Shown: positions 57,559 to 64,000 of the stretch, one piece after another
Layout of the letters: each line of letters starts with the position of its first letter
Position numbering within the stretch: position 1 is the first letter of the stretch
Source of the DNA: an uncultured virus (IMG/VR IMGVR_UViG_3300021376_005091)
Taxonomy: Duplodnaviria > Heunggongvirae > Uroviricota > Caudoviricetes
Reading direction: 5' to 3' (one strand)
IMG/VR virus record: IMGVR_UViG_3300021376_005091
DNA length: 64,000 nucleotides
The notes under the pieces: model-generated
The model's database searches: none
The model's input: only the letters and a program-made list of their open reading frames with translations
Told to the model about the DNA's origin: nothing
Made by a program: the position numbers and the translations under genes

Positions 57559-57586
57559 AGGCAGGTGCCATTACCAGCACCTGCCT
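57559..57586 (+). terminator. GC-rich hairpin after yhhQ, possible terminator or RNA-stability element
   Basis: Perfect 10-bp inverted repeat AGGCAGGTGC / GCACCTGCCT with an 8-nt loop; no U tract. Confidence 0.45.
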
Positions 57587-57614
57587 TGACAAATCATCTA
57601 AATACAATTAAAAT
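57586..57614 (+). promoter_or_regulatory. Sigma70-type promoter
   Basis: TTGACA-N17-TAAAAT, 8 nt before ATG 57623. Confidence 0.6.
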
Positions 57615-57622
57615 GTGTGGAT

Positions 57623-58015
57623 ATGTCAAATAAGGCCGGCAAGATCTGGGGACAGACCGAACTGATACACGCCAATGGCGTGCTGGAATTCCACCGCATC
57701 GACTTCAGGGCGGGAGGAGTGTGCAGCAAACACCAGCACAAACACAAGTGGAACGGATTCTACGTGGTGTCAGGCCGGATGAAGATCAAGGTCTGGCAGA
57801 GAGACCAGCAGGACCTCATCGACGAGACGATATTGGGACCCGGCGATTTCACCAAGGTCAAGCCAGGCTACTTCCATCTCTTCGAGGGAATAGAGGACGG
57901 CGTGGCCTTTGAACTGTACTGGGCAGAGTTCAATCATGATGACATTCAAAGAGAGACAGTGGGCCATTTCCGCAGCGGCAATGTGGTGAGGCTTGATAAA
58001 AAAGATAAAAGATGA
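57623..58015 (+). CDS. Cupin domain protein
   Basis: KIWG, CSKHQHKHKWNGFYV.SG, PGYFHLF. Confidence 0.8.
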   Translation: MSNKAGKIWGQTELIHANGVLEFHRIDFRAGGVCSKHQHKHKWNGFYVVSGRMKIKVWQRDQQDLIDETILGPGDFTKVKPGYFHLFEGIEDGVAFELYWAEFNHDDIQRETVGHFRSGNVVRLDKKDKR

Positions 58016-58176
58016 TGGCTGAACAGGCTGTCGAGGTCGTCAACACCAGAGACATCAAATGTTTTGGAGATGACGACTGGGGTGGACACCCCACTGTATT
58101 TTACACAATAGGCAATAGTAACGAAGTCATTTGCGGATATTGCAATAAAAAATTCATATATGAACAGCAAGATTGA
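58012..58176 (+). CDS. zf-CHCC zinc-finger protein, 54 aa (not in the ORF track)
   Basis: IKCFG...GHPTVFY...VICGYCNKKF. Confidence 0.75.
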   Translation: MMAEQAVEVVNTRDIKCFGDDDWGGHPTVFYTIGNSNEVICGYCNKKFIYEQQD

Positions 58177-58306
58177 CGAAAACGAATACGAAGTGTACAC
58201 TTTAGATGAGGACCCAGAAATTAAAAAAAAGAGAATGGGAAAATACACTGTGGAAGAGATATTAGAAGCGGTCGAGGCATTGCATGAGCAAGATAAAAGT
58301 AGCTGA
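58160..58306 (+). CDS. Small hypothetical protein, 48 aa (not in the ORF track)
   Basis: Fills the gap between zf-CHCC and queE with overlaps at both ends. Confidence 0.45.
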   Translation: MNSKIDENEYEVYTLDEDPEIKKKRMGKYTVEEILEAVEALHEQDKSS

Positions 58307-59144
58307 ACTATTTTACAGCATACAGGGAGAGGGGCGCTACATGGGCGTGCCTTCGGTATTCCTGCGAACATTTGGCTGCAACTTCACCTGTGCCGGGTTC
58401 GGCCTACCCAAAGGGGTCAGGAGCGATGAAAATGACAAGGTGTACGAGCAACATAAAAAATTCCCATTCAAAGATTATCGAGAATTGCCTTTGGTCAGCA
58501 CAGGCTGTGACAGCTATGCCTCCTGGGATCCTAGATTCAAGGACCTGTCTCCCATGCTGACGTCAGACGCCATAGTGGAGAGGACCATGGAGATATTGCC
58601 ACACAAGCGATGGGTCGATGAGCATTTCATATTCACGGGCGGCGAGCCATTGCTGGGCTGGCAGAGAGCATATCCTGATTTACTGGAGCACGGCAAGATG
58701 CAGGACCTCAGAGAGATCACTTTCGAGACCAATGGCACACAGAGACTTCATCAAGATTTCAAACGATATCTTTCACAGTGGAGTCACAGGCATGGTAGGA
58801 ACAAAGATAGCATCACTTTCTCTGTGAGCGCAAAATTGAGCGTGAGCGGCGAGAAGCGAGAAGATGCCATTGTGCCCGATGTGGTAGCGGAGTATGGTGA
58901 AGTGGGACATGTGTACTTGAAATTTGTGATCGTTGACATCAATGATGCCTATGAAGCCATAGAGGTCGTAAAGGAATATAATAAAGCGGGATTCCGAGGT
59001 TCCGTTTATCTCATGCCCGTGGGTGGTGTGGAGAGCGTGTATCACATGAACAACAGGACAGTTGCAGAGCTGGCAATGAAAATGGGCTACAGATACAGCG
59101 ATAGATTACAGGTGCCATTGTTCAAGAATGCTTGGGGAACGTAA
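58284..59144 (+). CDS. queE: 7-carboxy-7-deazaguanine synthase (radical SAM)
   Basis: ELFYSIQGEG, FLRTFGCNFTC...GCDS, TGGEP, FETNGT, YLMP. Confidence 0.9.
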   Translation: MSKIKVAELFYSIQGEGRYMGVPSVFLRTFGCNFTCAGFGLPKGVRSDENDKVYEQHKKFPFKDYRELPLVSTGCDSYASWDPRFKDLSPMLTSDAIVERTMEILPHKRWVDEHFIFTGGEPLLGWQRAYPDLLEHGKMQDLREITFETNGTQRLHQDFKRYLSQWSHRHGRNKDSITFSVSAKLSVSGEKREDAIVPDVVAEYGEVGHVYLKFVIVDINDAYEAIEVVKEYNKAGFRGSVYLMPVGGVESVYHMNNRTVAELAMKMGYRYSDRLQVPLFKNAWGT

Positions 59145-59170
59145 TTTGGTAAATTTGGATTGGAAAACAA

Positions 59171-59199
59171 TTGATTTTTTCCAAAAACAGTTGTAAAAT
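59171..59199 (+). promoter_or_regulatory. Sigma70-type promoter
   Basis: TTGATT-N17-TAAAAT, 6 nt before ATG 59206. Confidence 0.55.
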
Positions 59200-59205
59200 A
59201 AGGAT

Positions 59206-59508
59206 ATGAAAGTTAAAAAAACAAAAAATACAAAAGTTGAAAAGAGCGAAGAGCCCATGGTCAAGGTTCTGCAAGTGAATGTGAATCCAGAAAATCCAAG
59301 AAATGGATTCTTTGAATTGGATTGGAATAATGAGTTTGTGAATATGTTGAAACAGAATGGCTACAAAGGTGCATCTGAAGAGGAAATAGTGGATCGTTGG
59401 TTTCAGAGCCTTTGCCGGACCATCGGCAACGAGCAAGGTGTGGATGTAACAGGTGCAGGTTATGTTCAAATCAATAGAAGAGATGACGGCAAGACTGAGG
59501 TATCATAG
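59206..59508 (+). CDS. Hypothetical phage protein
   Basis: GFFELDWN..FV..L...GY.G..EEEIVDRWF. Confidence 0.7.
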   Translation: MKVKKTKNTKVEKSEEPMVKVLQVNVNPENPRNGFFELDWNNEFVNMLKQNGYKGASEEEIVDRWFQSLCRTIGNEQGVDVTGAGYVQINRRDDGKTEVS

Positions 59509-59510
59509 GT

Positions 59511-60494
59511 ATGACCCACATACTGGTAGATACCGCTAACACTTTTTTCCGAGCAAGGCACGTGATACGTGGCGATGCTTCTGAAAAGATCGGCATGGCC
59601 ATACACATCACCCTAAATTCCATCAAGAAAGCCTGGAATGATTTTGACGGCACCCACGTAATATTCTGTTTGGAGGGACGCAGCTGGAGGAAAGACCACT
59701 ATGCTCCCTATAAGAGGAATCGAGCAGAAACAGTGCAGGCAATGACGGCGGCAGAGCAGGAAGAGAACAAACTGTTCTGGGAGTGCTATGATGATTTCGT
59801 GGATTTCGTAAGAACCAAGACCAACGTCACGGTGCTACAAAATGGCAGATGTGAGGCAGACGATCTCATAGCTCGTTGGATTGATCTGCATCCTGATCAA
59901 CAGCATGTTATCATAAGCACAGACAAAGATCTCAATCAGCTGATAGCTCCAAATGTTCGACAGTACAATGGTGTCACTGAAGAGACCATCACAGTGGCGG
60001 GCTATTTTGATAAAAAAGGCAATCCTGTGATCGACAATAAAACCAAACAGCACAAGAAAACAGAGAGTGCAGAATGGACGATATTCGAAAAGGCCATGCG
60101 AGGCGATCCATCTGACAACATATTTTCAGCTTTCCCGGGAGTGCGCAAAAAAGGCACTAAAAACAAAGTGGGATTGTTGGAAGCATTTGAGGATAGGCTC
60201 AACAAAGGTTATGCCTGGAACAATCTCATGCTGAGCAAATGGATGGATCCTGAGGGGGTTGAACACAGAGTGATAGATGATTACGAGCGCAACAGATTGC
60301 TGGTTGACTTGCATGCACAACCCGAAGCCATAATACAAGAACTGGATCAAACAATTGTCCAGGCCAAAGCAGAAAACAAACAGATATCACAAGTGGGTAT
60401 AAGATTCATGAGATTCTGTGCCAAATATGACCTGCAGAAGATCACGGAACAGGCACAGTTGTATGTGGAACCGTTCAATGCGAGGTTGGCATGA
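59511..60494 (+). CDS. T4 RNase H-like 5'-3' exonuclease / flap endonuclease
   Basis: LVD, SWRK..Y.PYK.NR, EADD, STDKD..QL, GDPSDNI. Confidence 0.9.
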   Translation: MTHILVDTANTFFRARHVIRGDASEKIGMAIHITLNSIKKAWNDFDGTHVIFCLEGRSWRKDHYAPYKRNRAETVQAMTAAEQEENKLFWECYDDFVDFVRTKTNVTVLQNGRCEADDLIARWIDLHPDQQHVIISTDKDLNQLIAPNVRQYNGVTEETITVAGYFDKKGNPVIDNKTKQHKKTESAEWTIFEKAMRGDPSDNIFSAFPGVRKKGTKNKVGLLEAFEDRLNKGYAWNNLMLSKWMDPEGVEHRVIDDYERNRLLVDLHAQPEAIIQELDQTIVQAKAENKQISQVGIRFMRFCAKYDLQKITEQAQLYVEPFNARLA

Positions 60495-61003
60495 CCATGC
60501 GAGCAAAGATATTAGTAAAAGATAAATTTTGGATCATAGAAGAGAATGGCCAGAAATTGGGCACACTGCAAAGAAAAGACGACAATGGTTGGATCTTCCT
60601 GGGCAAGAAAGATCAAAGACAGGAATATCCCACACAGGAAAGCCTGTACGCACGATTTGGCTCAGGCATATTTGCCACAGATATCACAGTGCCAGAAAAT
60701 AAAGCGCCACACATCGAAACGGAATTTCAGGTGCATGGCTATACTTGCTCACAACAGCCTTACAATTCCATGTTTGACGTGCAAAAGCAACTGCCCGTTT
60801 ACACCAAAACACCCAAAAGCCGCAGCTTGTTTTGTGCAGGCTATTATATCATCAGCTTCCCCAAAGGTTGGAGGAAAGCCTACTGTCCCAAGGTAATTAC
60901 ACTACAGAGATATGCATACAAAGGGCCTATCAAAACCAAAATAGAAATGCAACAGGTATTAAATGACGCAATCAAAGAGCAAGCTGCAAACTCAGCCCAT
61001 TGA
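60491..61003 (+). CDS. Hypothetical phage protein
   Basis: KFWIIE...K.GTL; YTK..KSRS..CAGYY...CPK..TL.RY.Y.GP. Confidence 0.7.
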   Translation: MTMRAKILVKDKFWIIEENGQKLGTLQRKDDNGWIFLGKKDQRQEYPTQESLYARFGSGIFATDITVPENKAPHIETEFQVHGYTCSQQPYNSMFDVQKQLPVYTKTPKSRSLFCAGYYIISFPKGWRKAYCPKVITLQRYAYKGPIKTKIEMQQVLNDAIKEQAANSAH

Positions 61004-61214
61004 AGACTTCATAGCCAGAGTACGCACTGCCAAAAACAAGCAGGAAAAAAGTATTGTTTTGACCATGCAAGACGCCGACCGTTTGGCATCTAGTTTGAGC
61101 CAAACCATGATGAGAATAGTGTCTGTGCAGGAAGATATGATCGAGGCATTGAAAACAGCACAGCAGGCTCAAACGATCAACATAGAAATGGACGGCGGCA
61201 AGTTCAGCAAATAA
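60963..61214 (+). CDS. Hypothetical protein
   Basis: Ends in a MDGGKF motif; coupled in the operon. Confidence 0.6.
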   Translation: MTQSKSKLQTQPIEDFIARVRTAKNKQEKSIVLTMQDADRLASSLSQTMMRIVSVQEDMIEALKTAQQAQTINIEMDGGKFSK

Positions 61215-61251
61215 TCTATCTGGTAAAAATTGGTAAATACCTTGATAGATT

Positions 61252-61539
61252 ATGTCAAGACCAAAACCCACAGTGCTGTTGACTATCAGCAATAAAGAGA
61301 CCTACAAGCAAGAAGAAGTTCTCGCTGCGGAAGGAATCTGGGCGGTATTTTACGATGGTAAACCCATCAATCTTAAAAGTGCCAGCTTGGTTTCCAATTA
61401 CCCAGGTCCCAAGTACAAGAAAGTTTCTTTTTCCAACCCGGGACATGCGGAGAACCTGGCCAAGAAACTCAACACCATGCACAAGACTGACAAGTTTGGC
61501 GTGTACCTATTAAAGTCCGGCGAAAAATTCAAGCGATAA
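61252..61539 (+). CDS. Hypothetical phage protein
   Basis: MSRPKPTVLL, PKYKKVSFSNPGHA; TAAATA at 61234. Confidence 0.7.
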   Translation: MSRPKPTVLLTISNKETYKQEEVLAAEGIWAVFYDGKPINLKSASLVSNYPGPKYKKVSFSNPGHAENLAKKLNTMHKTDKFGVYLLKSGEKFKR

Positions 61540-61547
61540 TTAACAGT

Positions 61548-61943
61548 ATGGACGTCAAGACCGCCTATACTCGCACCTTCATGCAACTGCTGAATCAGCC
61601 CGACCATGAGGAAACTGTCAAGAGCTGTTATTACACTTGGTGGCAGAACGTGAGAGAAAGCTATCAGGCTAGGTCGTTGCGACTGACCAAGCAGGGGCTT
61701 GACATTGTAAAAAAATTAGAGATCAAAATCTACACAATCAAGTTCCCAGACAAGATCATCTTCACGCCACAGACCTTCCTATGGTTGGACGAATTTGTGG
61801 ACTGCCCATATCATGTGGACAAGAAACAGATCACTGTCACAATGGAAAGAATGGCACTTCAGTTGATGATGTTTGCCGGTGACGTGACCAAATATGGGCT
61901 TGCCCGCGCCATGAGCAAGGCGGATGAGCAAAAAAGCCAATAA
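61548..61943 (+). CDS. Hypothetical phage protein
   Basis: WWQN.R...SLRLT..G. Confidence 0.65.
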   Translation: MDVKTAYTRTFMQLLNQPDHEETVKSCYYTWWQNVRESYQARSLRLTKQGLDIVKKLEIKIYTIKFPDKIIFTPQTFLWLDEFVDCPYHVDKKQITVTMERMALQLMMFAGDVTKYGLARAMSKADEQKSQ

Positions 61944-61963
61944 TATCAATTGGTTAAATCAAC

Positions 61964-61991
61964 TTGACCTTATACGGTTTTATGCTATAAT
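61964..61991 (+). promoter_or_regulatory. Sigma70-type promoter with extended -10
   Basis: TTGACC-N16-TATAAT with TGn; GAGG RBS before 62025. Confidence 0.7.
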
Positions 61992-62024
61992 GGTAGTATA
62001 AACAAATTGTAGAGAGGTCTAAAA

Positions 62025-63128
62025 ATGGTGAGCAAAAAGGAAAAGAGCACAGCGGTTGGCTCTCAAAACAGAACCGTTACTCCAAATGAGGCGAAGGCAG
62101 CATTATCGCACTGCATACAATTAAAGAGACCACTAATGATGTGGGGTGCTCCCGGTATTGGTAAATCTGATATCGTGAAACAGGTGGCACAAGACCAAGA
62201 TAGACAGGTGATAGACATAAGATTGCCTCTGTGGGAACCCACTGACATCAAAGGTATCCCCTATTACAATGCCAAGGAAAACAACATGGTATGGGCTCCT
62301 CCAGCTGAGCTGCCAACCAATCCCGAATCCACCGATATTATATTCCTAGATGAACTCAATTCCGCTGCGCCTGCTGTGCAGGCGGCAGCATATCAGCTGA
62401 TTCTCAACCGCAGAGTGGGGCAGTATCACCTGCCAGCGGGCGTGGCCATTGTGGCCGCGGGCAACAGAGACGCAGACAAGGGAGTGACCTACAGGATGCC
62501 AGCGCCGCTCGCCAACAGGTTCGTACACATCGAACTGCGAGTGGACTATGATGACTGGATGCAGTGGGCTACCATGCACCACATACACCCTGACGTGGTG
62601 GGCTATGTCACATTCGCCAAACAAGATTTATATGATTTTGATCCCAAGGGATCATCACGCTCTTTCGCGACTCCTAGATCATGGAGTTTCGTAAGCCAAC
62701 TTCTATCGGACAGCCTGCCTGAAAGTACGCTCACTGACCTCGTGGCGGGCGCAGTAGGAGAGGGACTGGCCGTTAAGTTTATGAACCATCGTAAAATTAG
62801 CGGCCAACTACCTAACCCATCCGACATACTGAGCGGCAAGGTCAAGGACCTTAAGGCCAAGGAGATATCAGCGATGTATTCGCTCACCGTTAGCCTGTGC
62901 TACGAATTGCAACAGTCACACATCAACAAGGAGAGGAACTGGAATGACAAGGCAGATCGTTTCTTCGACTACATGATGGACAATTTTGAGACCGAACTAG
63001 TGGTCATGGGAGCCAAGATAGCGCTGACCAACTACAAGCTGCCATTCGATCCCAGCAAACTTAAATCATTCGACAGATTCCACAAAAAATTTGGCAAGTA
63101 CGTAATAACTGCCATGGAGTCAAAGTGA
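62025..63128 (+). CDS. MoxR-like AAA+ ATPase
   Basis: WGAPGIGKS, FLDELN, AAGNR, LANRF, TPRSW. Confidence 0.88.
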   Translation: MVSKKEKSTAVGSQNRTVTPNEAKAALSHCIQLKRPLMMWGAPGIGKSDIVKQVAQDQDRQVIDIRLPLWEPTDIKGIPYYNAKENNMVWAPPAELPTNPESTDIIFLDELNSAAPAVQAAAYQLILNRRVGQYHLPAGVAIVAAGNRDADKGVTYRMPAPLANRFVHIELRVDYDDWMQWATMHHIHPDVVGYVTFAKQDLYDFDPKGSSRSFATPRSWSFVSQLLSDSLPESTLTDLVAGAVGEGLAVKFMNHRKISGQLPNPSDILSGKVKDLKAKEISAMYSLTVSLCYELQQSHINKERNWNDKADRFFDYMMDNFETELVVMGAKIALTNYKLPFDPSKLKSFDRFHKKFGKYVITAMESK

Positions 63129-64000
63129 TGTTCGCCACAGATCAAAAGATCATAGACAAGCTGGTCACCGCCAGGATAGCATTGTTATTGAAGCATCCAT
63201 TCTTCGGCAACCTGGCCACCAGGCTCAAGATCGTGAACGCTGACAAGTGGTGTGACACCGCTGCCACAGACGGCAGGCACTTCTTCTATAACATCAAATT
63301 CATAGACAGCCTTTCCGCTAGAGAAACTGAATTCCTGTTTGGGCATGAGGTACTGCACAATGTGTTCGAGCACATGTTGCTGCGTGTTGGCGACAGAGAT
63401 CCACAGATTTGGAACATCGCCTGCGACTATGCGGTGAATCAGATACTAGTGGATTACAAGATCGGCGACATGCCCAAGGGCAAGAAGGGCGAAAACAAAG
63501 GTTTCCAGGATGACAAATACAAGGATTGGGCGGCAGAAAAGATCTATGACGAGCTGTACAAGAATGTGAAAAAGCATAAGATAAATTTGAACAAACTGGG
63601 TGAATTGATTGATCAACACCTGCAAATGAACAAGGACGGAAATGGCCAAGGTGATGGCAAGGATAAGCAAGGTGAAGGCAGTGGTGCCAACAAGCAAGGC
63701 CAGCCGGTCTATACCAAGGAGGAACTGAAAAAGATCAAGGACGAGATCAAGGAGGCCATGCTGAGCGCGGCACAGAGCTCGGGAGCAGGTAACCTGCCCG
63801 GCAGCATACAGAGATTGGTGGCTCAGCTTACTGAGCCGAAAATGAACTGGAGAGAGATCATACAACAGCAGATATTGAGCACAATGAAGAGCGACTACAC
63901 ATTCATGAAACCCAGCAGGAGGAGCTGGCACATGGACGCAATACTGCCCGGCATGATCAACACAGACAAAATTGACATCTGCCTGGCGATCGACGCATCG
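63128..64000 (+). CDS. DUF2201-type metallopeptidase/VWA partner protein, 3'-truncated (not in the ORF track)
   Basis: HPFFG, TAATDG, HEVLH, WNIACDYAVN, and AIDAS starting a VWA MIDAS motif at the window end. Confidence 0.85.
   Translation, partial: MFATDQKIIDKLVTARIALLLKHPFFGNLATRLKIVNADKWCDTAATDGRHFFYNIKFIDSLSARETEFLFGHEVLHNVFEHMLLRVGDRDPQIWNIACDYAVNQILVDYKIGDMPKGKKGENKGFQDDKYKDWAAEKIYDELYKNVKKHKINLNKLGELIDQHLQMNKDGNGQGDGKDKQGEGSGANKQGQPVYTKEELKKIKDEIKEAMLSAAQSSGAGNLPGSIQRLVAQLTEPKMNWREIIQQQILSTMKSDYTFMKPSRRSWHMDAILPGMINTDKIDICLAIDAS

Noticed and set aside
1..64000. Stop-codon reassignment, tRNA genes, integrase or transposase
   Set aside because: Recognisable genes are full length and end at TAA, TAG or TGA; no tRNA-like or mobile-element signatures seen by eye (a tRNA scan was not run)

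Overview
64 kb, gene-dense segment of a large dsDNA tailed phage with T4-like/jumbo-type organisation. Almost all genes are on the + strand, in the standard genetic code. Order: tail-fibre/baseplate genes (1-13 kb); DnaE fragment, GroES, an AT-rich PP-loop/nitroreductase island, clamp loader, PhoH and DegT (13-22 kb); spanins, holin and a DnaJ-PDF-ClpA cluster (22-28 kb); late genes, many starting with an M(K/R)I(R/K/N)E(I/V)..E leader resembling the T4 capsid-targeting sequence, interspersed with endolysin, radical SAM, flavodoxin, Dps and SpeD (29-43 kb); family B DNA polymerase and sliding clamp (44-48.7 kb). Then a 10 kb 7-deazaguanine DNA-modification cluster (DpdA-like transglycosylase, DpdL-like QueD paralogue, FolE, QueE, YhhQ) that also contains a glycosyltransferase, GalE, GMP reductase, a phosphoribosyltransferase and a cupin, with no QueC or canonical QueD in the window (48.7-59 kb). 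The window ends with RNase H/flap nuclease and a MoxR/VWA pair. Best candidate for an undescribed system: a sugar-hypermodified 7-deazaguanine pathway. Also notable: probable capsid-packaged cargo proteins, pervasive promoter-adjacent (leaderless) starts, an internal promoter that may split a two-enzyme fusion, and a recurrent DDS(T/S) motif in virion proteins. All calls come from motif recognition by eye; no database searches were run.
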